A DNA stretch of 64,000 nucleotides from Patescibacteria group bacterium (GTDB lineage Bacteria; Patescibacteriota; Minisyncoccia; 2-02-FULL-40-12; GWA2-44-9): positions 2,155-66,154 of the forward strand of contig JBBTSY010000009.1 in NCBI GenBank assembly GCA_038064515.1. The letters are read 5' to 3'. Made by a program: the position numbers and the translations under genes. Shown here one piece after another: positions 48,153-57,226 of the stretch (positions are counted from its first letter, which is position 1; every line of letters begins with the position of its first letter). Under the pieces are notes generated by a model. It was not told the origin of the DNA. It saw nothing but the letters and a program-made list of their open reading frames with translations, and did not search any database.

Positions 48153-48677
48153 TTATTTTATTATTTTTACTCGCGCCGGCCGGATCACTTTTTCATTTAA
48201 CATATATCCGGCTCGAAATTCCTCTGTTACCTTCTGCTCATCTCCTTGTCCTTCTTCCATCTGTACCGCTTCGTGAAGCAATGGATCAAATTTCTTGCCT
48301 ATTGATTCTATTTTTTTGATATGGTGCTTTCGCAACGCTCCGTACATTTTCGCCATACTATGCTCGATTCCTCTCAGCCATTCTCGATCGGTGTTCGGAG
48401 GCGCATGCTGGAGAGCGATCTCGAATGTATCAAGCACGTCAATCATATCAAGAAGAATCCATTCATTGCCATATTTGACTGCATCCTCGACTCGCCGCGC
48501 CTCATCTTTTTTGAAATTCACCAGGTCAGCTTGCGCTCGTTTCCATCCGTTCAGGTATTCCTCAACTTTATCATTAGCTTGCTGAAAAGCTTTATCCTGA
48601 ATTTGTTGAAGGGCTTGAGCTTCACTGGATTCCATCTCCTCTTCCAATGGAATGTTGATTTTATTGTGCTCTTTCAT
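48153..48677 (-). CDS. grpE: nucleotide exchange factor GrpE
   Basis: RAQADLVNFKK, FDPLLHEAV, GYMLNEKVIRPARV. Confidence 0.95.
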   Translation of the reverse strand: MKEHNKINIPLEEEMESSEAQALQQIQDKAFQQANDKVEEYLNGWKRAQADLVNFKKDEARRVEDAVKYGNEWILLDMIDVLDTFEIALQHAPPNTDREWLRGIEHSMAKMYGALRKHHIKKIESIGKKFDPLLHEAVQMEEGQGDEQKVTEEFRAGYMLNEKVIRPARVKIIK

Positions 48678-49431
48678 AATTTTCGACTGTTTCAGTTAAT
48701 GTATTTACTTTTTCGGCTGTATAGTTTATCAGCCCTAAATTATATTCATAATCCATGCGTATCGGTCCAATAATGGTTACTGACCCCATGCGATGCTGTG
48801 GCAAATGATATTTGGCATGAATCATCGTTTCCTCTTCAATCGCTCCGAACGGGTTTTCTCTGCCAATAAATATCTTAAAATGCTGAAGCTCATTTATGCC
48901 TCCGAAAAATTGACGCTCAAGCTGAATAAATCGTTCATCGAACTGGTCAAAAAAACTCATCAGTTCGAAAGTGCGACCAAATTCTCGGAACTCTGGAAAT
49001 TCCAGAAGACTAGCCAAGCCTTTCTGATAAAATTCGTCGCTAGCCGAATCATTTACGATTACTAAATTATCCGTAAGTTCATTAAGCAGATGCGCCACCA
49101 TCCGGTTTATTTCCCGCGGATCATGAGCAACTTCTGCAAAAGCATTATCAATGCGCCGCTTTGAGCGAGATTCTACACCGATATTTTCCTGCTGTAATAA
49201 TCCGTTTACAAAAAGCCGGTATGCCTTGTCGGTAGGAACTCTTCCAGCCGAGGTATGGGGCTGAACCAGGTAGCCGTCATTCTCTAGGGTCTGCATCTCA
49301 TTTCGGATAGTCGCAGGACTAACATCGAGATTACTTCGCTCGACAACCAGCGCCGAACCCACTGGTTCTGCGTGCTTAACATATTCTCGGACAATGAAAT
49401 CCAAGAGCTTTTTTTGTCGTTCGGTTACCAT
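48661..49431 (-). CDS. hrcA: heat-inducible repressor HrcA (short form)
   Basis: EPVGS, SPATIRNEM, QPHTSAGRVPTDKAYR, IIGPIRMDY. Confidence 0.95.
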   Translation of the reverse strand: MVTERQKKLLDFIVREYVKHAEPVGSALVVERSNLDVSPATIRNEMQTLENDGYLVQPHTSAGRVPTDKAYRLFVNGLLQQENIGVESRSKRRIDNAFAEVAHDPREINRMVAHLLNELTDNLVIVNDSASDEFYQKGLASLLEFPEFREFGRTFELMSFFDQFDERFIQLERQFFGGINELQHFKIFIGRENPFGAIEEETMIHAKYHLPQHRMGSVTIIGPIRMDYEYNLGLINYTAEKVNTLTETVENYERAQ

Positions 49432-49451
49432 CACACCTTCTATTTTACTCA

Positions 49452-49478
49452 TTAGCACTCTCGTGTCAAGAGTGCTAA
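49452..49478. promoter_or_regulatory. CIRCE operator overlapping hrcA promoter
   Basis: Perfect TTAGCACTC-N9-GAGTGCTAA; minus-strand TTGACA lies in the spacer, TAAAAT 16 nt downstream. Confidence 0.97.
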
Positions 49479-49593
49479 TCCATTTTCTACGTTCAGGCCA
49501 CATGTTCAGCTTACTTGCTTCAGTACTTCCTCACCTTCGTTCCTCAACACATTTTACTTAGGGTTCGGGGCATATTTGTGATAAACTGCAAGC

Positions 49594-50844
49594 ATGTTTT
49601 CTAAGGTAAAGCGCTTATGGCGCGCTCTCGGTCCGGGATTTATTACCGGCGCTTCCGATAATGATATCGCCGGGATTGGCACCTATACAATCGCGGGAGC
49701 AAAAACCGGCAATGGACTGCTGTGGGTACTTCTATTTATTCTACCATTCATGATCGCTATCCAAGAAATGAGTGCCCGTATTGGGGCACTTTCCGGATGC
49801 GGCCTAGCTGGTAATATTAAAACCCATTATCCCAGGTGGCTTCTTATAATAGCGGCCACCATGATTGTCGTCGCTAATGTTTTCAATGTAGGCAGTAACC
49901 TATATGGTATGGCAGGAGCTCTTAACCTGGTCTTGCCCGTCCCCATCACGATGCTGGCAATTGGGACTTCCGTTGTCGTTCTAATTCTCATCATCAAGCT
50001 TCGCTATCAGCAGATTGTTTCCATCTTTAAATGGGTAGCTCTCACTCTCTTTGCGTATGTGTTCGCATTTTTATTTGTGGAAGCGGATTGGATGTCCATG
50101 CTTAAACATACGATAATTCCTTCATTTCACGTCAATCGGCAATCGCTCCTTATACTTTTCGCATTAATCGGCACTACCATCTCTCCCTATCTCTATTTCT
50201 GGCAGGCCAGTGAAGAAGCGGAAAATGTCCGAGAACGCCGTCCTCGAATTCGCGTGTGTAAATTTCGGACCGTAGCACCCGGCACGCTTCAAAAATTGGC
50301 ATTAGATACAAAATTAGGAATGGTGTTTTCGAATTTTATTTCTTTCTTCATTGTAGCACTTGCTTCCGCTACGTTATTCAAAGGAGGCGGAAATATTGAA
50401 ACACTTCGCGACGCTGCATCCGCGTTACACCCGATCGCCGGAGAATATGCGTATCTTCTTTTCACGGTTGGTCTTATTGGTTCCGGATTGTTGTCCATTC
50501 CCGTACTGGCCGGATCAGCCGCTTATGTTCTGTCTGAACTCTTTAATTGGAAGGGTAGTTTTGATAAATCATTTTTGGAAGCTAAAGAGTTTTATATCGC
50601 AATTATGCTTTCCATCGTCGTAGGCTTGCTCATGCCTCTTGTCGGCATCACCCCGTTACAGGCGCTCTTTTATACCGGCATTATCAATGGCTTAATCGCC
50701 CCTATTCTGATATTTATGATTATTCACATGTCGAATAATCCCAACATCGTCGGCGAGCATCGCTCAAAAGTTCACACCAACTATTTGGGATATGCAAGTT
50801 TTGCTATAATGTTGGCGGGTAGCATTTTTGTATTTGTGCATTAA
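49594..50844 (+). CDS. NRAMP-family divalent metal transporter
   Basis: LGPGFITGASDND, GTTISPYLYFWQ; multi-TM. Confidence 0.88.
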   Translation: MFSKVKRLWRALGPGFITGASDNDIAGIGTYTIAGAKTGNGLLWVLLFILPFMIAIQEMSARIGALSGCGLAGNIKTHYPRWLLIIAATMIVVANVFNVGSNLYGMAGALNLVLPVPITMLAIGTSVVVLILIIKLRYQQIVSIFKWVALTLFAYVFAFLFVEADWMSMLKHTIIPSFHVNRQSLLILFALIGTTISPYLYFWQASEEAENVRERRPRIRVCKFRTVAPGTLQKLALDTKLGMVFSNFISFFIVALASATLFKGGGNIETLRDAASALHPIAGEYAYLLFTVGLIGSGLLSIPVLAGSAAYVLSELFNWKGSFDKSFLEAKEFYIAIMLSIVVGLLMPLVGITPLQALFYTGIINGLIAPILIFMIIHMSNNPNIVGEHRSKVHTNYLGYASFAIMLAGSIFVFVH

Positions 50845-50849
50845 AAAAA

Positions 50850-52247
50850 ATGAAAATTTACAACACTCTCACTCGAAAAGTCGAAGAATTAGTGCCGCTT
50901 CAAAGCAAGACGGTACATATGTTTGTTTGCGGACCGACGGTATACGATTTTATCCATATCGGCAATGCCCGTACATTTGTTATTTTTGACATGGTAGCGA
51001 AATATCTAAGATTTCGAGAATTTGAAGTTCGCTACATTCAAAACATCACTGATATCGACGATAAGATCATTAGCTGTGCCAGAGAAAATAATGAAGACGC
51101 GGAAATCTACGCCCAGCGCTTTGAAACGGAGTATTTTAAGGATATTAAAAGCCTCGGTATTGATGCCGTCAGCATCTATGTTCGCGCTACTGATCATATT
51201 GAGGCCATCATCAAGCAGGTACAAACACTGATCGATAAGGGGTTTGCCTATGAAATCAGCGATGGCATCTATTTTGATATCTCAAAATTTAAAGGCTACG
51301 GGAAACTATCCGGCCGCACTACCGTTAATGACGATGACGCCGTATCGCGAATTGACGAAAATCCAGGAAAGCGAAACTCGGGCGATTTTGCGCTCTGGAA
51401 ACGCTCCGAAGGTGACGAACCGTCATGGCAAGCTCCTTGGTTTCCGGGACGTCCCGGTTGGCACATCGAAGATACGGCCATCACCGAAGCGTATTTCGGT
51501 CCTCAATACGATCTCCATGGTGGCGGCCGGGACCTTATTTTTCCGCACCATGAAGCGGAGATTACCCAACAGGAAGCGGCATCAGGGAAATCCCCCTTTG
51601 TTAAATACTGGATGCATGCCGGCTTTCTTGAGAACAAATCAGCAAAAATGTCCAAGTCGCTTGACAATTTTGCCACTGTTCGCGATATGCTTGAAAGATA
51701 TCCGCGGGAAGTGCTTCGCCTTTACTTTTTAAGCGCGCATTACCGATCCCCGCTTGATTTTAGCGAAGAATCCTTCCGGCAAGCCCAGGCAAGCATTGAT
51801 CGAATCACGGAATTTATCAATCGCTTAAAATTCTTCGAGAATAAGAACCCGAATGCCCATCGTTTTGATGAAGAGGTCGGCAATGCCGCTAATAAAACAT
51901 ATGCAGGTATTATTGATGCGCTCGATGATGACTTTAATACGCCAAAAGCATTGGGCATATTTTTCGAATTTATCCGCCTTAGCAATCAGTATATCCATGA
52001 AGAGAAGATAGATTTTCATTTCGCTAAGCGAATAATGCATGTTTTGGACATATTCTCCAATGTCTTCGGCATCATCCCTCTGGCCACCAGTGTAATTCCT
52101 CTGGAAATCACTCAATTGGTTCAGGAGCGCCAATCAGCCAAAGAACACAAGGATTTTGAAAAAGCCGATCAATTGCGCCGAAAAGTAGAAACTCAAGGCT
52201 ATCTCATTGACGATACGCCCTACGGACCTCTCATAAAGAAAAGGTAA
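50850..52247 (+). CDS. cysS: cysteine--tRNA ligase
   Basis: CGPTVY, HIGN, DFALWK, GRPGWHIE, KMSKS. Confidence 0.97.
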   Translation: MKIYNTLTRKVEELVPLQSKTVHMFVCGPTVYDFIHIGNARTFVIFDMVAKYLRFREFEVRYIQNITDIDDKIISCARENNEDAEIYAQRFETEYFKDIKSLGIDAVSIYVRATDHIEAIIKQVQTLIDKGFAYEISDGIYFDISKFKGYGKLSGRTTVNDDDAVSRIDENPGKRNSGDFALWKRSEGDEPSWQAPWFPGRPGWHIEDTAITEAYFGPQYDLHGGGRDLIFPHHEAEITQQEAASGKSPFVKYWMHAGFLENKSAKMSKSLDNFATVRDMLERYPREVLRLYFLSAHYRSPLDFSEESFRQAQASIDRITEFINRLKFFENKNPNAHRFDEEVGNAANKTYAGIIDALDDDFNTPKALGIFFEFIRLSNQYIHEEKIDFHFAKRIMHVLDIFSNVFGIIPLATSVIPLEITQLVQERQSAKEHKDFEKADQLRRKVETQGYLIDDTPYGPLIKKR

Positions 52248-52329
52248 TGTTTGGAAATCTTTTGATTTCAACAGGATATCCCCCTACTTATGCCTTGCTT
52301 CGTTTTCCTTGATCTAGAATAATACCCTT

Positions 52330-53709
52330 ATGCAGAACGGGACCACCACTATCATGACGCAATTGCCGCCTCAAAATTTAGACGCGGAAAAATCACTATT
52401 AGGCGCTCTCCTCATCGATAAAGAAGCCATCAATAAAGTGATAGATATCCTGGGTGCGGACGACTTCTATAATCGCAATAACCAGGTTATTTTTGATGCC
52501 GTGATGACGCTCTTTGAGAAGCGAGAAAACATCGATATTTTGAGCCTGTCGAATAAACTGCGCGAAATGGGCGCTTTAGAGCAGATCGGCGGCATGAGTT
52601 ATCTCACATCACTCGCCAATTCCGTGCCCACTTCCGCGCACGTTGCTACCTATGCCCGCATCGTTCAGCGCAAGAAAACTCTCCGCAATCTGATTGATAC
52701 TGCGCATCACATCATCAGTCTCGGTTATCGAGAAGAAGATGATATTGAAAACCTTCTCGATGAGGCTGAACAAAGGCTTTTTCAAGTTTCCCAAAAAACT
52801 TACGGCCAGAGCTTCAATCCCCTTGCCACCGGGCTGGAAGCGGCCATGGAACGCATCAGCAATCAAGATAGCGGCGTAATGCGCGGTCACCCCACAAAGC
52901 ACAGGCGTTTAGACGAATTGCTCGGCGGATTCCAAAAATCAGACCTGATCATTCTGGCCGCTCGCCCTTCGGTCGGAAAAACGGCATTCGCCATTGATCT
53001 GGCGTTACGCGCCGCGGAACAGAATATTCCGGTCGGCATGTTCAGTTTAGAAATGTCTATCGATCAAGTCATCGATCGATTCATTTCAACAAAATCAAGT
53101 ACGAGTTTATGGAAACTCCGTACCGGAAAACTTTCACACGACGGAACCGATGATTTTCTTAAGATCACTAATGCCATCAGTGACTTAAAAGAACTCCCCA
53201 TCTTTATTGACGACGCCGCTTCCCTTAATGTACTCCAAATGCGCGCTATGGCTCGTCGTCTGCAAGCTGAACATGGTTTAGGACTCTTAATCGTTGATTA
53301 TCTCCAATTAATGGCCGCTCGTAGAAACTATGATAGTCCCGTGCAACAGGTTACTGAAATCTCCCGCGGATTAAAGGGACTGGCGAAGGAACTGAATATT
53401 CCCGTAATCGCCATTTCCCAACTTTCCCGCGCCGTGGAGCACCGAGGCGACAATGCTAAGCCGAAGTTATCCGATCTTCGGGATTCCGGCTCTATTGAAC
53501 AAGACGCCGATGTGGTTATGTTTATCCATCGCGAGGATAAGGTAAATTTTCAAGCCGCCCAAGATAGCGGAAAACTAAATATGGCTCAACTTCTCATTGC
53601 TAAACATCGTAATGGCCCTACTGGCCAAGTAGATTTCCATATCGATCCTGATTCGCTTAAATTCCTTGAGATTGATAAAACTCACCAGGATATCGACTTT
53701 GCATTCTAA
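52330..53709 (+). CDS. dnaB: replicative DNA helicase
   Basis: AARPSVGKT, FSLEM, IVDYLQL, SQLSR, DLRDSGSIEQDAD. Confidence 0.97.
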   Translation: MQNGTTTIMTQLPPQNLDAEKSLLGALLIDKEAINKVIDILGADDFYNRNNQVIFDAVMTLFEKRENIDILSLSNKLREMGALEQIGGMSYLTSLANSVPTSAHVATYARIVQRKKTLRNLIDTAHHIISLGYREEDDIENLLDEAEQRLFQVSQKTYGQSFNPLATGLEAAMERISNQDSGVMRGHPTKHRRLDELLGGFQKSDLIILAARPSVGKTAFAIDLALRAAEQNIPVGMFSLEMSIDQVIDRFISTKSSTSLWKLRTGKLSHDGTDDFLKITNAISDLKELPIFIDDAASLNVLQMRAMARRLQAEHGLGLLIVDYLQLMAARRNYDSPVQQVTEISRGLKGLAKELNIPVIAISQLSRAVEHRGDNAKPKLSDLRDSGSIEQDADVVMFIHREDKVNFQAAQDSGKLNMAQLLIAKHRNGPTGQVDFHIDPDSLKFLEIDKTHQDIDFAF

Positions 53710-54305
53710 TGAATCCTCGTTTTAAATATCTCGTCCGTTTATTCCAAAAACTCCCCGGCGTCGGCCAACGGCAGGGTGCGCGTTTTGTTTTATCATTATT
53801 AAATCGTGACGAACAGGAATTGCAAGAGCTTGGAGATGCTATCGCTACGCTCAAACAATCAGTCCGCTTCTGCAAAGAGTGCTTTAACGTAGCCGAGGAC
53901 GAGATCTGTCTTATTTGCGCTAATCCGCGGCGCGATACTTCCAAAATGCTTGTTGTCGAAAAGATAACCGATTTGGACTCTATTGAAAGAACTGGTCTTT
54001 ACCGAGGCCTATATCATGTGTTGGGAGGCAGTATTAACCCCGTGGAGGGTATGACGCCGGAACACCTTAAAATTCGAGAATTAAAAAGTCGCGTCCAGAA
54101 GCTTTCCAAAAATAAGGAAGAGTTCGAGCTTATTCTGGCTACTGGTACCGCCACCTCGGGGGAAACAACCGCACTTTATATTCGGGAACTTTTTCATGAT
54201 CAGCCGATTATACTTACCCGCTTGGGCCGAGGACTCTCGGCCGGTTCAAATCTCGAATATGCTGACGAAATCACATTAAAGCACGCGTTAGAACAAAGAA
54301 AATGA
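53709..54305 (+). CDS. recR: recombination mediator RecR
   Basis: LPGVG, C4 zinc finger, VVE, YHVLGG, LEYAD. Confidence 0.95.
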   Translation: MNPRFKYLVRLFQKLPGVGQRQGARFVLSLLNRDEQELQELGDAIATLKQSVRFCKECFNVAEDEICLICANPRRDTSKMLVVEKITDLDSIERTGLYRGLYHVLGGSINPVEGMTPEHLKIRELKSRVQKLSKNKEEFELILATGTATSGETTALYIRELFHDQPIILTRLGRGLSAGSNLEYADEITLKHALEQRK

Positions 54306-54409
54306 AAAGGTAGAACCGATGTGTAACTAATGCTCGTCCCGAACGAAGTGCGGGACTGACGAAATCACATTAAAGCACGCGTTAGAACAAAGAAAATAAA
54401 AAGGTAGAA
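54262..54409 (+). repeat. 54-bp direct repeat of recR 3' end separated by 40 bp
   Basis: 54262-54315 and 54356-54409 identical except TGA/TAA at the stop codon. Confidence 0.9.
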
Positions 54410-54437
54410 TTACTACTCAAACAAAAATCTCCCTCGT

Positions 54438-54746
54438 TTAGAGGGAGATTTTTGTAATTTGGACTTTCGTAAATAGCTGACGATGGCCCTTCTTCTTTCG
54501 CTGGCGAGTTTTAGATTTAAATCTGAAAACCATTTTTTTCTTGCCTTTTCCCTCCGCGAGCACTTTTGCCGTAACCGTAGCGCCGGAAACCATAGGATTG
54601 CCTATTTTGATTGAGTCTCCGTCTGCGATAAGAAGCACTTCTTCAAAAGTTACTTTGCCGTCTTCCGAAGCGTGTTTTTCAATAGAAACAACGTCGCCTT
54701 CCTCAACTTTGTATTGTTTTCCTCCAGTTTTAATAATTGCGAACAT
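54438..54746 (-). CDS. rplU: 50S ribosomal protein L21
   Basis: [20 protein letters not shown]. Confidence 0.97.
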   Translation of the reverse strand: MFAIIKTGGKQYKVEEGDVVSIEKHASEDGKVTFEEVLLIADGDSIKIGNPMVSGATVTAKVLAEGKGKKKMVFRFKSKTRQRKKKGHRQLFTKVQITKISL

Positions 54747-54864
54747 TTCCTTAACAACAGCCTGCCCGTCCGAAGGAGGGCAAACATAATATAAAAATAA
54801 CCTACGCATGATACCAGATAGACCCAAAATGGTCAATCCGATAATAACAGGAAGGGTGGGGTTT

Positions 54865-54981
54865 TAGAGTAACGCGGCATGCCTTCTCGGGAGGCTTACG
54901 GAGCGCGACGGCGCGAGTACGAGACGAATTTTCAGTAGAAAATTACGTCGTACTCTCCGAAAGACATGCTGCTTTATTCTA
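54865..54981. repeat. multi-stem dispersed repeat, family B copy 3
   Basis: Imperfect closing IR tagagtaa..gcggcatg/catgctgc..ttattcta; core cggagcgcgacggcgcgag identical to 48068-48086. Confidence 0.75.
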
Positions 54982-55030
54982 TTCAAATAATCAAATAAGA
55001 GTAATCAAATAAGAGCTTACTTTGTTACTC

Positions 55031-55058
55031 TTGACTTTTCCTGTAATAATGATATCAT
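55031..55058 (+). promoter_or_regulatory. sigma70-type promoter of cassette 7
   Basis: TTGACT-N16-TATCAT with extended -10 TG. Confidence 0.55.
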
Positions 55059-55124
55059 TATTACATCCAGTTCGCTGGCTAAGAATAACCAGCTTTTACA
55101 AAGAAGAAAGGCAAGGGTAAAAGA

Positions 55125-55733
55125 ATGAGTACGCTACAAGTTGCTCTTAGTGGGATCGCTCCCCAATTGAAGCTTGTGGAGCCTGGGCTGAAGCACACCG
55201 AGCGCGTGCTTCAGCTGATCATCGACGGGGCGGCCAAGATGGATCGCGCCGTCATGGGTATCGACAAGATCACCCGCCTCGTGGGCGCCATCGAGCTCCC
55301 CGACGCCGAGTCCACGGCCATCGCTTGGTTCCGCGAAAACGGCATCAAGCGACTCGCCGCCGCGGTTCTGGCGATCCGACTCTCGGACCATTCACTGGTC
55401 TACGAGATCCGGGTTGGCGATACCAAGATTCGAGACATCCATGTGGTGGGACGTCTGCGCAAGGCGGAAGCCTATGCGCAGGCCGTGGTCATTCCCAAAC
55501 AGAAGTGGCCCCTGCTCACCGTCAAAGGTCAGCCGGATTTCAAGGCCCTCCGTCAGTGGTCCTGGGACCCCGAAGGAGCGGTGGTGATCCGGTCGATGGG
55601 GACCACCCGCTTGGCCGTCGCGGAAGTATTCGCGACGGTGGCCAACAGCCTCGCCGAGAACCTCGGCATCGTGGGTTGCTCCCCGCCCCGCGCTGATCGC
55701 CGCCTTCAGGCGATCCGCCGTGGTAACCAGTAG
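55125..55733 (+). CDS. orphan protein, strongly GC-rich (cassette 7)
   Basis: 202-aa ORF; purine-rich SD-like AAAGGCAAGGGT; 42/60 GC in 55261-55320. Confidence 0.75.
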   Translation: MSTLQVALSGIAPQLKLVEPGLKHTERVLQLIIDGAAKMDRAVMGIDKITRLVGAIELPDAESTAIAWFRENGIKRLAAAVLAIRLSDHSLVYEIRVGDTKIRDIHVVGRLRKAEAYAQAVVIPKQKWPLLTVKGQPDFKALRQWSWDPEGAVVIRSMGTTRLAVAEVFATVANSLAENLGIVGCSPPRADRRLQAIRRGNQ

Positions 55734-55751
55734 ACCCCGCCGCATCTGTAG

Positions 55752-55792
55752 AAAAAGTCGCACTCACACTTTTCTCTCGGGTGCGGCTTTTT
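55752..55792 (+). terminator. intrinsic terminator of cassette 7
   Basis: aaaaagtcgcactc...gggtgcggcttttt. Confidence 0.65.
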
Positions 55793-55833
55793 CTTGAAAA
55801 AACTGGAAATCAATGTACAATAAATACGCCTAT

Positions 55834-55907
55834 GGCGCCATCGTCTAGTCTGGTCAGGACACTTGGTTCTCATCCAAGAAACTGGGGTTCGAATCCCCAT
55901 GGCGCTG
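55834..55907 (+). tRNA. tRNA-Glu(CTC)
   Basis: Acceptor GGCGCCA/TGGCGCT, anticodon arm CTTGG-TTCTCAT-CCAAG, T loop TTCGAAT; CCA not encoded. Confidence 0.95.
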
Positions 55908-55933
55908 CGAACGAAGTGAGTAGTGCCAATAAA

Positions 55934-57226
55934 CTATTTCGAGAGCCATTTTTTGCTTTGCCTAACAAGAAGCTCTTCTTTTCTTTCCGGCTCCGCCATA
56001 ATTTCTTCCACAATCTTTTCCATGCGCATCCCTTGCGAGCCCTTTACCAGCACAAGATCCCCTTCTTTAATAAGTTCCTGAACTTTTGATTTAGCCTCTT
56101 CCGAAGTGTGAAATGTATAAATCTGTTCCCGCGCCATCTGGTTGGCGGCTGAATCGGCGATAAATTTTGCCTTCTCCCCAACGCATACGAGCGCATGGAC
56201 AAGGTTGCCTACCTTATTTCCCGCCGTACGATGAACTTCAAGGCTATATCTTCCCAATTCAAGCATATCGCCTAGTACCGCTACCTTCCGAGGCGCCGAG
56301 CAATTCCGGAGCGTGTCTAGCGCAAGATGCATGGCGGCTGGCGCCGCGTTGTACGTATCATCAATAATGACACTACCTCTGATGCCCGGAATGATCCTAA
56401 GGCGTCCCGGCGTACCTCGATAACTCAAGAGACCCTTGTTTATTTCTACCAGATTCATGCCGAAATGAAGACCCACAATTGCCGCAGCCGCGCTAGCATA
56501 CGTCTGTGATCTTCCCAACGATCCTTCGATTTTCATGGGCATCAGGCTTCCATCCAAATGTAGCTTAAAATTAATGCCCTGGGGACGGCCGCGATCATCA
56601 GTGCTTAAATCGAGATTTGAAATACGGACTGAAGCACCATCGCCAAAACCGAATGTCCTCACTTGCGCCTTGGTCACTGTTTGCATATCCAGAACTACTT
56701 GGTCATCGAAATTAAGAATAGCAAGGCTGTGAGGGTCTAATGCTCGCACCAGTTCGGATTTCTCTTTTGCTAATGCCTCGGGGCCGGAAAAATATTCGAC
56801 ATGAACCGGAATCTCTCCGACCGCGGTCACGACGCCCACAGTAGGCTTATATAATTTGACAAGGCGCGCGATATCACCGGGATGATCGGCTCCATATTCA
56901 AGTACGAGGACTTTAGGATATTCTAGAGGAAAAATAAGACCGATAATTCCACGGGTTATGACTTTTGCCCACAGAAAAAAACTGCTCCCTTTCTGATAAT
57001 ATTCTTCGCTCCAATCGCCTATGATCGATAATGGAACGCCAAGTTCGTTATTTAAGTTACCGCCGCTCATCCGCACGCGCATGATAGTTCCCAAAACGGC
57101 GCCAATGGCTTCCTTGGTGGAAGTTTTACCAACATTACCCGTTACGGCAACAATGGCGGGTTTATATCGCGCCAAATATGCTTGCGCGAGTGTAGTAAGA
57201 ATTCTTTGAAGCAATGATTGCATCAT
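55934..57226 (-). CDS. murF: UDP-MurNAc-tripeptide--D-Ala-D-Ala ligase
   Basis: VTGNVGKTSTKE, NLNNELGVP, IDDTYNA, LGDMLELG, LVKGS. Confidence 0.93.
   Translation of the reverse strand: MMQSLLQRILTTLAQAYLARYKPAIVAVTGNVGKTSTKEAIGAVLGTIMRVRMSGGNLNNELGVPLSIIGDWSEEYYQKGSSFFLWAKVITRGIIGLIFPLEYPKVLVLEYGADHPGDIARLVKLYKPTVGVVTAVGEIPVHVEYFSGPEALAKEKSELVRALDPHSLAILNFDDQVVLDMQTVTKAQVRTFGFGDGASVRISNLDLSTDDRGRPQGINFKLHLDGSLMPMKIEGSLGRSQTYASAAAAIVGLHFGMNLVEINKGLLSYRGTPGRLRIIPGIRGSVIIDDTYNAAPAAMHLALDTLRNCSAPRKVAVLGDMLELGRYSLEVHRTAGNKVGNLVHALVCVGEKAKFIADSAANQMAREQIYTFHTSEEAKSKVQELIKEGDLVLVKGSQGMRMEKIVEEIMAEPERKEELLVRQSKKWLSK

Noticed and set aside
54262-54409. DGR variable/template repeat pair
   Set aside because: Only one A/G difference, the target is recR, and no reverse transcriptase is in the window
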